Source of the DNA: an uncultured Gemmatimonadales bacterium | GTDB taxonomy: Bacteria; Gemmatimonadota; Gemmatimonadetes; Palauibacterales; Palauibacteraceae | DNA length: 64,000 nucleotides | NCBI GenBank assembly: GCA_963783385.1 | Contig: CAWANJ010000001.1 | Location: 480,001-544,000, forward strand | Reading direction: 5' to 3' | Part shown: positions 19,312-29,059 of the stretch, piece after piece | Numbering within the stretch: the first letter of the stretch is position 1 | Layout of the letters: every line of letters starts with the position of its first letter | Position numbers and translations under genes: made by a program | Notes under the pieces: generated by a model | The model's input: the letters and a program-made list of their open reading frames with translations, nothing else | Told to the model about the DNA's origin: nothing | The model's database searches: none

Positions 19312-20562
19312 TCAGGAGACGGATTGGACGCGGTCGATCTCGGCGAGGATCTCGGCGTCGGTGAGGGTGTGGTCGCTCCGCTTGGCCAGCTCGAACAGGG
19401 CGGTGGCCAGCGCGTCGTCCCCCGGATCGTGACCGTGGCTCTCCAGCCAGTAGCGGACGTTGCTCAGCCCCGACACGGGCGAGATCTCGATGCGCTGCTC
19501 GAGGCCGAACTCCGACGCCGGCACGCCACTGTACACGCGGTCGACCAGCCAGGGATCGCCCTTGCGGAGCGCCTTGATGATGGCGGCGGCGTGGACGCCG
19601 GTACCGGTTCGGAAGGCGTCCTCCCCGACGACCGGGTAGTTGTGCGGGATCTCGACCCCGCACATGTCCGCCACCAGCGCGCAGTACTCGGGCAAGCGCG
19701 TGAGGTCGCGGTCGTGCACGCCGAGGAGCTTGAGGTTCACCAGCAGGAGGTCCATCTCCACGTTGCCGACCCGTTCCCCGATGCCCAGGGCCGTGCCATG
19801 CACCCGGTCCACACCCTCCTCGACGGCGGCCAGCGCGTTGGCCAATCCCAGGCCGCGGTCGCGGTGGCCGTGCCAGTCGAGCTTCACCTCCTCGCCCGAC
19901 GCGTCGACCACCTCCCGCGCGAACCGCACCAGGGCCCGTACGCCGTCCGGAGTGGCGTGGCCCACGGTGTCCGCCAGGCAGATCCGACGGGCGCCGCACG
20001 CGATGGCGGTCGTGTACAGCTCGCGCAGAGTTTCGGGACGCGACCGGGTGGTGTCCTCGGTCACGTACATGACGTCGAGCCCCTCCCGGACCGCGAAGCT
20101 CACCGCGTCCTCGGTCGCCCGCAGCATCATGTCGGGCTCCCAGCCCTCCGCGAAGCGCCGGATGGGCGAGCTGCCGATGAAGGCGCCGACCTGCATGCGC
20201 AGGCCCGTGGCCTGCGCGATGTCCACGATCGGCTGGATGTCGGCCCGGACGGTGCGGGCGGCGCAGTTGGGGGCCACCGGAAGACCCTGCTCGGCGATCT
20301 CGCGGGCCAGGGCCAGGGCCGCCTCGCGGGCGCGAGGGCCCGCTCCCGGGAGCCCGATGTCCGCCGACTGGATCCCGAGCTCCGCCATGAGGTGCAGGAG
20401 CTCGAGCTTGCGCTCGATGGGCGGATCCAGGACCGAGGGGTTCTGGAGACCGTCCCGGAGCGTCTCGTCGTCCAGCTCCACCCGGACGCCCGCGTAGTCG
20501 AAGGCGCCCTCCACCCGGTTCCAGTCGTAGATCAGGTCGCTGCTCGCCACCTCGCCCTCCAC
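19312..20562 (-). CDS. LeuA-family (DRE-TIM) acetyl-CoA condensing enzyme, short form without regulatory domain
   Basis: DETLRDGLQ, ADTVG, HGHRDRG, GIGERVGN, GVHAAA. Confidence 0.88.
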   Translation of the reverse strand: MEGEVASSDLIYDWNRVEGAFDYAGVRVELDDETLRDGLQNPSVLDPPIERKLELLHLMAELGIQSADIGLPGAGPRAREAALALAREIAEQGLPVAPNCAARTVRADIQPIVDIAQATGLRMQVGAFIGSSPIRRFAEGWEPDMMLRATEDAVSFAVREGLDVMYVTEDTTRSRPETLRELYTTAIACGARRICLADTVGHATPDGVRALVRFAREVVDASGEEVKLDWHGHRDRGLGLANALAAVEEGVDRVHGTALGIGERVGNVEMDLLLVNLKLLGVHDRDLTRLPEYCALVADMCGVEIPHNYPVVGEDAFRTGTGVHAAAIIKALRKGDPWLVDRVYSGVPASEFGLEQRIEISPVSGLSNVRYWLESHGHDPGDDALATALFELAKRSDHTLTDAEILAEIDRVQSVS

Positions 20563-20595
20563 GCTACCGTGTGCTTCGGCCGCCCAACGACCGGG

Positions 20596-21597
20596 TCAGG
20601 CGTCGTCCTCGCGGACGGGGCCCTCGACCGACGAGTGGTCTCCGACGTTCAGCCGCCCCGCAACCCGGCGGACCTCGGCGTGGTCGCCGACGATGGAATC
20701 CCTCAACCGACTGTCCTCGACCACGGCCCCTTCGCCGACGATGGAGTCGACCAGGCGGCTCCTCCGCACGACGGCGCCGCTGGCGACGCTGACGTTGGGA
20801 CCGATCTCCGCCTGATCGAGTGTGGCCCCCGGCTCCACCCGCACCGGGTCGTGCACCACGACCCCGGCGCCCTCCGGGTGATTCGCGAGTCCGTGCTCGA
20901 GCAGGATCCTGTTGGTCTCCAGCAGGGTCCCCGGCTTTCCGCAGTCCCACCAGCCCTCGACCTCCGCCGTCCACAGCCGGTCGCCGCGGTCGATCATGTA
21001 CTGGAAGGCATCGGTCAGGAAGTATTCGCCCATGGTGGGCTCCCCATCCATGACGTGGTGGATGCCCTCGAACATGAGGTCCACGTCGCGGATGAAGTAC
21101 ACTCCGATGTTGGCCAGCTTCGAGATCGGCTCCGTCGGCTTCTCCACGATGCGCCGCATGTAGCCGTCCTCGTCGGTGACGATGACGCCGAAGCGCTGGT
21201 AGTCCTCGACCTCCTTGGCCCACACGATGCCGTCGTCGTCCGGTCGACGCTGGATGACTCCGAGGTCGGCCTCGAAGATCGTGTCCACGAACACGATGAG
21301 GACGGGCCCATCCACGTAGGGCTCGGCCAGGCGGATGGCATCGGCGGTCCCCAGCTGGTCCACCTGCTCCACGTAGCGCCGCTCCAGGTCGGCGTGGCGG
21401 GTGTCCAGGTAGTGCCGGATCTGGTCCTGGAGGTGGCCCGTGATACAGATCACCTCGTCCACGCCGACGCCCTGCAGGCGCTCCAGCACGTGGTCGAGCA
21501 CGGGTCGGTTGGCCACCCTCACGAGCGGCTTGGGGCGGGAGTGGGTGTGGGGCCGGAGCCGTGTACCCTTTCCGGCCAGAGGTATGATAGCTTGCAT
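20596..21597 (-). CDS. Sugar-phosphate nucleotidyltransferase with C-terminal beta-helix
   Basis: LAGKGTRLRPHT..PKPL, QLGTADA, IVEKP, hexapeptide repeats. Confidence 0.92.
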   Translation of the reverse strand: MQAIIPLAGKGTRLRPHTHSRPKPLVRVANRPVLDHVLERLQGVGVDEVICITGHLQDQIRHYLDTRHADLERRYVEQVDQLGTADAIRLAEPYVDGPVLIVFVDTIFEADLGVIQRRPDDDGIVWAKEVEDYQRFGVIVTDEDGYMRRIVEKPTEPISKLANIGVYFIRDVDLMFEGIHHVMDGEPTMGEYFLTDAFQYMIDRGDRLWTAEVEGWWDCGKPGTLLETNRILLEHGLANHPEGAGVVVHDPVRVEPGATLDQAEIGPNVSVASGAVVRRSRLVDSIVGEGAVVEDSRLRDSIVGDHAEVRRVAGRLNVGDHSSVEGPVREDDA

Positions 21598-21629
21598 TCG
21601 TCCGTGGATGCGCGTCTACTGGTGGCCGT

Positions 21630-22211
21630 ATGGCCGTCGAAACGTACCCGCGGGGATGGCGGGTAGCAACTTCAATGCCCCCGCCCCCCGCTGCGGTCCG
21701 CACTCCTGCGCGGAGATCGATGGGCGAGACCTGGAAGGCCACCCTTCGGCGGTGGCTCACGGAGAACCGGGCCGACACCCGGGGCGCCGGTGCGCCCTCG
21801 GGCGGCCGCTACGCCGCGTCGTTCGCGCGCGTGTGGGACGAGATCGTCGCCTACGCCGGCGGCCAGCCGCGCTGGCGCATCGTGCACTCCGACGAGACGA
21901 GCGGCATCCTCACCCTCACCTGCCGCTCGCGGGTGTTCCGCTTCGTGGACGACCTCACGGTGTGGGTGTCGCTCGACCGCGAGGGGTTCACGCGGGTGGA
22001 GGCCCGATCCCGGGCGCGGATCGGGCGCGGCGACCTGGGCGTCAACCGTCGCCGCGTCGAGCGCCTGATGGCGCACCTGGACGCGACCTTCGGGCAGGCT
22101 CTAGCCGGCCGACCCGGGATCGACCTCAGGCTGCAGGCCGGGCCTGCCTTCCCCCGCTCCGCACCTGCAGCGTCTCCCCCTCCGAGCGGGCCACCACCGT
22201 CGCCGCCGTGA
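21630..22211 (+). CDS. DUF1499 family protein (ATG 21720 alternative start)
   Basis: SRVFRFVDDL...SRARIGRGDLGVNRRRV signature. Confidence 0.8.
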   Translation: MAVETYPRGWRVATSMPPPPAAVRTPARRSMGETWKATLRRWLTENRADTRGAGAPSGGRYAASFARVWDEIVAYAGGQPRWRIVHSDETSGILTLTCRSRVFRFVDDLTVWVSLDREGFTRVEARSRARIGRGDLGVNRRRVERLMAHLDATFGQALAGRPGIDLRLQAGPAFPRSAPAASPPPSGPPPSPP

Positions 22212-23436
22212 GGTCACCGGTCACGTTGACCGCGGTCCGGCACATGTCCAGGATCCGGTCCACGCCCAGGATGAGCGCGATCCCGGCCGCCGGGTCCACC
22301 GAGGCGGGCAGGGCCTGCTTCAGCACGACGATGAGGATGATGATCCCGGCCGACGGCACGCCCGCGGCGCCGATCGAGGCCAGGGTCGCGGTCGCCACGA
22401 TGCCCAGCTGCGTGGCCAGCGACAGGTGGCCCACCAGCACCTGGGCGATGAACATGGTCGCCACCGCCTGGTAGAGCGCGGTCCCATCCATGTTGATCGT
22501 GGCCCCCAGCGGAAGCACGAAGCTCGACACCTCGGGGCTCACGCCCACCTCCTCCTCGGCCGTCTCCATCGTGATGGGCAGGGTCGCGTTGGAGCTGGAG
22601 GTCGAGAAGGCGATGAGGGGCACCTCCCGGATCCGCCGGAAGAAGTCGATCGGACTCACGCGCGCCAGGAAGCGGAGCGCTGACGTGTAGGTGAGCCCGA
22701 CGTGCAGCGCCAGTCCGAGGAGGACCGTAACGGTATACACGAGAAGGCTCTTCAGCACGTCCGCGCCGAAGCGGGCCAGCACCGCCCCGATGAGGGCGAA
22801 CACGGCGTAGGGGGCCAGCTCCATGATCCAGTGCACCATGACCATGGCAGCCTCGTTCACGCCGTCCACGAACTTGATCACCCCGTCGCGGCGCTCCTCG
22901 GGCAGCACCGAGACGGCCGCGCCGAAGAAGATCGAGAAGAAGATGATCGGCAGCATGTCCCCGGAGGCCATGGCCTGGATCGGGTTCCGCGGGATCATAT
23001 CGAGGATGACGTCCTTGAGGCCGGGGCTCTGCTGGGCGATGCTAACCTGGCTGGCTCCCTCGGCCAGGTAGGTGCTCCGCAGGTTCTGCAGCGCCGTGGG
23101 GTCCATGTGGCTGCCCGGCGCCAGCAGGTTCGACAGGAGGAGCCCGATCGACACGGCCACGGCGGTCGTGCACAGGTAGTAGACGACCGTCTTGCCCCCG
23201 ATGCGGCCGAGCTTGGTGATGTCGCCCAGGCTCGCCGTGCCCACGATGAGGCTGGCCATGACCAGGGGCACCACCACCATGGTGATGAGCCGGATCCACG
23301 CGTTCCCGATCGGCTCGATCCACACGAGCGCGTCCCGGAGCCAGGTCTGGCCCGTCGCGGAGGCGAGCAGGTGCGCCACCACGCCGGCCACGGCACCCAG
23401 AACCAGGGCGAGAGTGATCTTCGTATGGAGCTTCAT
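22126..23436 (-). CDS. Dicarboxylate/amino acid:cation symporter (DAACS, GltP-like)
   Basis: AFSTSSSNATLP, PLGATINMDGT, GAAGVP, DRILDMCRT. Confidence 0.95.
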   Translation of the reverse strand: MKLHTKITLALVLGAVAGVVAHLLASATGQTWLRDALVWIEPIGNAWIRLITMVVVPLVMASLIVGTASLGDITKLGRIGGKTVVYYLCTTAVAVSIGLLLSNLLAPGSHMDPTALQNLRSTYLAEGASQVSIAQQSPGLKDVILDMIPRNPIQAMASGDMLPIIFFSIFFGAAVSVLPEERRDGVIKFVDGVNEAAMVMVHWIMELAPYAVFALIGAVLARFGADVLKSLLVYTVTVLLGLALHVGLTYTSALRFLARVSPIDFFRRIREVPLIAFSTSSSNATLPITMETAEEEVGVSPEVSSFVLPLGATINMDGTALYQAVATMFIAQVLVGHLSLATQLGIVATATLASIGAAGVPSAGIIILIVVLKQALPASVDPAAGIALILGVDRILDMCRTAVNVTGDLTAATVVARSEGETLQVRSGGRQARPAA

Positions 23437-23580
23437 CGGCGACCCGTTCACGGAGGTGAGCGGCCAGGGCGGGAGTCTGGATCGAAGATAGGCCGGCCCC
23501 GACCCCGGCGGTAGAGTCCGGGGGACCGTATGTTGGCGGGACGGAGCCACGATCGACGCGAAGGGAGGAGACGGGAAGGC

Positions 23581-24555
23581 ATGCTCAGAGGCGCGGTGCG
23601 ACAGCTCCGGTGGAGGCCTTGGACGCGGGGCGTTCTCGCCGGCGCGCTCGCCCTCGCCTCGGCCTGCTCCGGAGGGGAGCCCCCCGCGAACGGGAACGAG
23701 ACGCTGCCCCGCCCGGCGGCCTCGACCCCGGTCGCGGTCACTCCGGCCCGCTACGTGACCGACCTCGCCTTCGCGGGCTTCGCGGCTGCGGCGCCGTCCG
23801 CGCTCCTACGCTTCCGGAACGACGTCAGCGCTGGAAGCCTCGCCCGCCGCTACCGTGTCTGGGTGGGCCGCGGCGGCCGCTGGGACACCGCCCTGTCGGT
23901 GTCCGACAGCCTGCCCGTGCCGCGCGCCGCGTGGCGGATCCTGCCCGGCCACGGCCTCAGAGTGCTGGCTGCCAGCGGCGGGGAGCTGGCGGGCCTGGTC
24001 TTGCGCGGCCAGGGCACCGCCTTCCAGATCGAGCCGGGCAAGGTCCTCGATGAATGGACCAGCCCCACCGGCCAGCGCTCGCGCCTTTTGCTGGCCTCCT
24101 GGGCCGAGGGAGACGAGCCCGCGACCGGACTCCTGTTCGAGCGCCGGGAGGCGCGGCCGTTCGAGGCGCCGCCTCCCCGGACGCTGGAGGAGGCCTTCCT
24201 GGCCACGGACGCCGCCGGCAACGGCGTGCTGGTCCTCAGGGACGCGGGGGACGAGAACCCCGACCGCGCGGCCACGACCGTGTACACGTGGCTGGATGGC
24301 CGGGAGGCCCGCTGGCCCGAGAGCCGCATGGACGTCCGCGCCGCACCGGGGGGCTCGGGCTGGTCCATCCGGATCGCGGAAGCCGGCCTCGACCTCTCCC
24401 TGACGTACGGGCCGCGCGTCGTGGACGACACGGTCGTGGCCGACACGACCTCGGGGGGCGCCGGCGTCAGGCTGCACGCCCTGCGCGGCACCCTGCGGCT
24501 CGCGGGCCGGGCCCGGTCCGCGCACGGCCTGGCCTTCCTGGTCCGCGGGCCGTGA
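23581..24555 (+). CDS. Hypothetical lipoprotein
   Basis: GGAAGG then ATG 23581; lipobox LALASA-C. Confidence 0.6.
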   Translation: MLRGAVRQLRWRPWTRGVLAGALALASACSGGEPPANGNETLPRPAASTPVAVTPARYVTDLAFAGFAAAAPSALLRFRNDVSAGSLARRYRVWVGRGGRWDTALSVSDSLPVPRAAWRILPGHGLRVLAASGGELAGLVLRGQGTAFQIEPGKVLDEWTSPTGQRSRLLLASWAEGDEPATGLLFERREARPFEAPPPRTLEEAFLATDAAGNGVLVLRDAGDENPDRAATTVYTWLDGREARWPESRMDVRAAPGGSGWSIRIAEAGLDLSLTYGPRVVDDTVVADTTSGGAGVRLHALRGTLRLAGRARSAHGLAFLVRGP

Positions 24556-24577
24556 GGCGTCCGGGAGGATCGTCACC

Positions 24578-26146
24578 GTGAACTGGCCGCGAGCCCTGCT
24601 CACCGTGGCTTTCGGGGCCCTGGCGGGCGGCGTGACCAACCGGGTCGCCATCTGGATGCTCTTCCACCCGTATCGGCCCCTCCGCCTGCTCGGAGTGGAG
24701 CTGTCGTGGCTCCAGGGGGCCGTCCCCAAGAACCGCGAGCGTCTGGCCCGATCCATCGGCCGAACGGTCGGAACCCGGCTCCTCACGTCGGACGACCTCG
24801 CGGAGGCCCTCCGGACCAGCCACCTGCGCGAGGCCTTCGAGGGTCGGCTCCGGGACGTGGTGCGCGAAGGTGTCTCCCGGCCGCGGCCGTCGCTGAGCGC
24901 CATGCTCCCGGAGCCCGCGCTCGCCGAAGTGCGGGGTGTGCTCACGCGGGCCGTCGAGAGCGGTCGGGAGGGCCTCGCCGGCCTCCTGGGGTCGGAGGAG
25001 TTCGGACCCGCCGCCGCCGACCTCCTGGCGGCGGTGGGAACGGCCCTGGACCGCGACGCCGGGTCGTCCGAGGGATCGTCCGAGGCCGCCGGCGTCCGGG
25101 TGCTCCGCCGCCGGCTGGGGGACTGGGCCGCACAGGCCGTCGAGACGGACGCCTTCGAGGTGGCCCTGCGCCGCCAGCTTCGCAGGGCGTCGGCCGAGCT
25201 TCTCCGGCCGGGGCGCACGCTGCGCGAGATCGTGCCCGCCGGCGTCGCCGGAGCGCTCGAGGACGCCGTGGCCGACCACCTCCCGGCCCTCCTCGAACGG
25301 CTGGGCAGGCTGCTCGAGGACCCCGCCGCCCGCGCCCGCTTCGAGTCGGCCGTGCACGAGCTGCTCGAGCGCTTCATGCGGGACCTGCGGTTCCATCAGC
25401 GAGTGGTGGCCCGGCTGGTGGTCACCGAGGAGACGGTGGACCGGGTGATCGCCACGCTGGAGGCCGAGGGCGCCGAGCGCCTCGGGGAGCTGCTGCGCGA
25501 GGAGGAGGTCCAGGCCGCCATGGCCCGCAGCGCGAACCGCTCCCTGGAGGAGCTCCTGGACCGCCCGGCCCGGGAGGTGCTGGGAGGCTCGGACGGCACG
25601 CGCGTGGATCGTGTCCTCGACGCCCTCGCCGACTGGCTCCTGCGGATCGCCCGGGACGAGGGCACGCGGCGCTTCGTGCTGGACCGAATGGAGGCGGCGG
25701 CCCGGGCGCGCGGCCGCGCCGGGTGGGAAGATCTCCTGCGTCAGGTCCCGGCCGACCGCATCGGACGGTGGCTCGGGTCGGCGCTCGAGTCCGAGGCGGG
25801 CCGGACCCTGTGGGAGGAGGTCTCGGGCCGCCTCGTGGACGGCCTCCTGGAACGACCCATCGGCGTCCCGGCCCGCTTCCTGGGTGCCGGCGGCTCCGAC
25901 CGCCTGTGCGAGATCCTGGCTCCTCCCCTGTGGGAGTGGATCGCAGGCGAGATCCCGTCCGCCGCGGCCCGCGTGCGGATCGACGAGCGGGTGGAGGAGA
26001 AGATCCGCGACTTCCCGCTCACCGAGCTCGAAGCCCTGGTCCGGACGGTGACGCAGCGAGAGCTCGACCTCATCGTGCGCCTCGGCTACGTGCTCGGCGC
26101 CATCATCGGGGGGTTGCTCGTGGTGGCCAACGCGCTGGTGAGCTGA
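24578..26146 (+). CDS. DUF445 family membrane-anchored helical protein
   Basis: GGVTNRVAIWMLFHP..QGAVPK and C-terminal ELDLIVRLGYVLGAIIG. Confidence 0.9.
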   Translation: MNWPRALLTVAFGALAGGVTNRVAIWMLFHPYRPLRLLGVELSWLQGAVPKNRERLARSIGRTVGTRLLTSDDLAEALRTSHLREAFEGRLRDVVREGVSRPRPSLSAMLPEPALAEVRGVLTRAVESGREGLAGLLGSEEFGPAAADLLAAVGTALDRDAGSSEGSSEAAGVRVLRRRLGDWAAQAVETDAFEVALRRQLRRASAELLRPGRTLREIVPAGVAGALEDAVADHLPALLERLGRLLEDPAARARFESAVHELLERFMRDLRFHQRVVARLVVTEETVDRVIATLEAEGAERLGELLREEEVQAAMARSANRSLEELLDRPAREVLGGSDGTRVDRVLDALADWLLRIARDEGTRRFVLDRMEAAARARGRAGWEDLLRQVPADRIGRWLGSALESEAGRTLWEEVSGRLVDGLLERPIGVPARFLGAGGSDRLCEILAPPLWEWIAGEIPSAAARVRIDERVEEKIRDFPLTELEALVRTVTQRELDLIVRLGYVLGAIIGGLLVVANALVS

Positions 26147-26179
26147 CCGGCCGAGCCGACACGGGCCCGGAAGGAGCGA

Positions 26180-26674
26180 TCAGCCCACCCCCCAGGCCGA
26201 GCGGGCGGCCTCCCGCTCGGCGGCGTCGGCGGCGGCCACCCGCACCGTGCGGCCCTCCAGTCCCTCCACCCAGGTCGAGAGGAGGGAGCGCATGAGCCCG
26301 CACGCCGTTCTCGGCTCCAGCGCCCCGGGGCCGGTGCCGAGCACGGGCGTCGTGAGGGTGCGCACGTCCCACTCGGTCGCCCTCCGGAGAGCGTTGCGGA
26401 GCGCGTCCGAGACGTTCCGCGAACCCACCGGCTCGTCCCTGGAGCATACGGCCAGGTGGATCACGAACTCGCACGCCAGGCCCCCCGGGTCGGTGATCGC
26501 CGCGGAGCCGACCGGCAGGGGGCCCTGTGCGGAGCAGCGCTCGAGCCAGCCCGGGCCCGCGGACAGGTCGAGGGCGCGGACCTCGGGCGTGGTGGGCGAC
26601 CAGTCGGACCGCGTCGGCCGCAGGACCGCCCCGACCGACACGTCGGCCAGGCCTTCACCGACGACCACGATCAT
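26180..26674 (-). CDS. Macro domain-containing protein (divergent)
   Basis: LPVGSAAITDPGGLACEFVIH, PVLGTG. Confidence 0.75.
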   Translation of the reverse strand: MIVVVGEGLADVSVGAVLRPTRSDWSPTTPEVRALDLSAGPGWLERCSAQGPLPVGSAAITDPGGLACEFVIHLAVCSRDEPVGSRNVSDALRNALRRATEWDVRTLTTPVLGTGPGALEPRTACGLMRSLLSTWVEGLEGRTVRVAAADAAEREAARSAWGVG

Positions 26675-26719
26675 CGGACCGGCGGGCGCCGACGCCGCGA
26701 GCGGCGATGGGCCGGGACG

Positions 26720-27091
26720 TCACGCATCCGCGACCTCTCCGGCGACCCACGCCAGGTAGGAAGCCGACCCCCCTGCCGCGGGCACGGCGACCACCTCCGG
26801 CTCCTCGTAGGGGTGCAGCGCCCGGATCCGGGCCGTGAGCTCCTCCAGCCGGGCCCCGGTCGTCTTGAGGATGGCCAGCGCCTCTTCGGCCTCCTCCACG
26901 GCCCCGCCCCACCGGTAGACCGAGCGCACGCCATCGAGCACGTTCGCGCAGGCGGCGAGATGCTCGTCGACCAGGGTCCTGGCGAGCGCGAGAAGGACAT
27001 CGGTATCGGGGCCCGTGACGAACACCACACACACCCAGGGCGTCGGCGCGGATCCCGGCGGACCCCCACGGCCCGGCTCCCGGGATCCCAC
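26720..27091 (-). CDS. cutA: Divalent cation tolerance protein CutA
   Basis: LVDEHLAACANV, SVYRW, LHPYEEPEV. Confidence 0.92.
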   Translation of the reverse strand: MGSREPGRGGPPGSAPTPWVCVVFVTGPDTDVLLALARTLVDEHLAACANVLDGVRSVYRWGGAVEEAEEALAILKTTGARLEELTARIRALHPYEEPEVVAVPAAGGSASYLAWVAGEVADA

Positions 27092-27095
27092 CGGC

Positions 27096-29045
27096 TCAGC
27101 CGCTCTGGCCGGAGGCGGCCTCGGCCACGGTCACGCCGGGCCCTTCCCCGCCCTGGTCGCGCCGCTCGTCGGCCGCCCGGTAGGCGCGGTCGATGGCCCC
27201 GGCGTAGCGGTCGTCTATCACGCGCCGCTTCACCTTGAGGGTCGGCGTGAGCTCGCCGGTCTCGACGCCGAACACGTCCGGCACGAGGAGGATCCAGCCC
27301 GGCTTCTCATGGTGGTCGAAGTCTTCCGTGCGGCCGTGGACCTGCCTGTCGATGAGCTCCTGGACGGGTCGGGCGGCGATGAGCCCGGCCGGATCCGTCG
27401 CCTCCACGCCGCGTCTCCGCGCCCACTCCCCGACGTTCTCGAAGGCCGGCTGCACGACGACGATGGGGAAGTTGCGCTTGTCTCCGACCAGGACCGCGTG
27501 GGCCACGAAGCGGGAACGCTCGACCGCCCGCTCCACCGGCGCGGGGGCGACGTTCTTGCCGCCCGCGGTCACGAGGAGCTCCTTCTTGCGATCCGTGATG
27601 CTCAGGTAGCCGTCCTCGTCCAGGCTGCCAATGTCCCCCGTGCGCAGCCAGCCGTCGGCCGTGAACGCCTCGCGGGTCGCCTCTTCGTTCCGGAAGTAGC
27701 CCTTCATGACCTGCGGTCCGCGGCACAGGATCTCGCCATCCTCGGCGATCCGCAGGGCGGTCTCCGGGATGGGCGGACCCACCGTTCCGAGCTTGGTCGC
27801 CCCCGGAGGGTTGACGGTGAGGACCGGCGACGTCTCCGTGAGGCCGTAACCCTCGAGTATGGGCAGGCCGGCCGCCCACATGAACCGGGCTACGGTGGGG
27901 GACAGCGGGCCGCCGCCGCTCACGAAGTAGCGCAGCCTCCCTCCGGTGCGCTCGCGGAGCCTGGAGAACACGAGCCGGTCGGCGAGCCTGTAGCGGAGCC
28001 CCAGCCACACCCCGACGTCGGCGTGCGCCAGCACGCGATCGGCCCGTTCCTCGCCCACGCGACGGGCCCACCGGAAGATGGCGAGCTTGAGCCCGCCGCC
28101 CTCGTGCGCCGCCTTCTGCGCGCGCTCGTAGATCTTGTCGTACAGGTAGGGCACGCCCGTGGAGATGGTCGGGCGCACCTCGCCCAGGTCGCGCACGATC
28201 GTGTCGACGGACTCGGCGTACGACACCGACACGCCCCTGTGCCACATGACGTAATGGCCTGCCGTCCGCTCGAAGATGTGTGAGAGGGGCAGCCACGAGA
28301 GGTGACGATCCTCTTCCGACAGGGGCAGGACCTCGGCGCACAGCAGCGCGTTGCTGTACAGGTTGTGATGAGTGAGCATCACACCCTTGGGCGTCCCCGT
28401 GGTGCCCGAAGTGTAGATGAGGGTGGCGAGGTCGTCGGGGCCCGTCGCCCGCGCGTAGGCCTCGTAGGCGTCCAGGTCGGCCTCTCCGGCATCTCCCCGC
28501 GCCACGAGGTCGGAGAGCCCCTGCACCGGGAGTTCGGCCGCGGCGTCGACCGGCTCGAAGGAGAACACGCGCTCGAGACGGGGCAGCTCCGGGCGGGCCT
28601 CGACGAGCTTGTCGTACTGCGACTGGTCCTCGGCGAACACCGCCCGCACGCCGGCGTCGCCGAGCACGTAGGCCACCTGCTCGGACGGCAGGGACGGGTA
28701 CACCGGCACGCCGACCAGCCCGGACATGATGAGTCCGAAGTCGCACTCGGCCCATTCGGCGCGCGTCCGGGAGAGGATGCCCACCCGCGCGCCACGCTCC
28801 AGGCCGAGGGACCGGAGTCCGAGCGCCAGGGACCGCACGCGCTCCTCGACCCGGGCGTGCGTCCGCTCGTCCCATTCCCCGGCCCCGCGGCGGATGCGCA
28901 TCGCCACGGCATCCGGGTGCCGGTGCGCCCCGCCGAGGAACAGGTCCACGAGGGTGCCGGGCTCGAGACCGAACGAGGGTCCGGTCGACTCCTGCACGCG
29001 GCTGCGTCCTCCCCCGTCCGGTCCCGGCGTCCCGGCGCTGACCAT
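27096..29045 (-). CDS. Long-chain fatty acid-CoA ligase (AMP-dependent synthetase)
   Basis: GGAG then ATG 29045; YTSGTTGTPKG, EGYGLTETSP, TGDIG, DRKKEL..GGKNVAP. Confidence 0.93.
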   Translation of the reverse strand: MVSAGTPGPDGGGRSRVQESTGPSFGLEPGTLVDLFLGGAHRHPDAVAMRIRRGAGEWDERTHARVEERVRSLALGLRSLGLERGARVGILSRTRAEWAECDFGLIMSGLVGVPVYPSLPSEQVAYVLGDAGVRAVFAEDQSQYDKLVEARPELPRLERVFSFEPVDAAAELPVQGLSDLVARGDAGEADLDAYEAYARATGPDDLATLIYTSGTTGTPKGVMLTHHNLYSNALLCAEVLPLSEEDRHLSWLPLSHIFERTAGHYVMWHRGVSVSYAESVDTIVRDLGEVRPTISTGVPYLYDKIYERAQKAAHEGGGLKLAIFRWARRVGEERADRVLAHADVGVWLGLRYRLADRLVFSRLRERTGGRLRYFVSGGGPLSPTVARFMWAAGLPILEGYGLTETSPVLTVNPPGATKLGTVGPPIPETALRIAEDGEILCRGPQVMKGYFRNEEATREAFTADGWLRTGDIGSLDEDGYLSITDRKKELLVTAGGKNVAPAPVERAVERSRFVAHAVLVGDKRNFPIVVVQPAFENVGEWARRRGVEATDPAGLIAARPVQELIDRQVHGRTEDFDHHEKPGWILLVPDVFGVETGELTPTLKVKRRVIDDRYAGAIDRAYRAADERRDQGGEGPGVTVAEAASGQSG

Positions 29046-29059
29046 GGATGGTCTCCTAG

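Noticed and set aside
13119-20562. Fungal-type alpha-aminoadipate lysine pathway (homocitrate synthase, homoisocitrate DH, saccharopine DH)
   Set aside because: The dehydrogenase has the isocitrate-specific SLNVALR motif; no homoaconitase or lysW/X genes are present; the saccharopine-DH-like family is functionally broad
19183-21666. Long antisense or alternate-frame ORFs (also 47145..49790, 54084..56147, 35194..37221, 40098..42143, 5064..6944)
   Set aside because: Shadow ORFs of well-supported genes, caused by stop-codon scarcity at high GC; no family motifs
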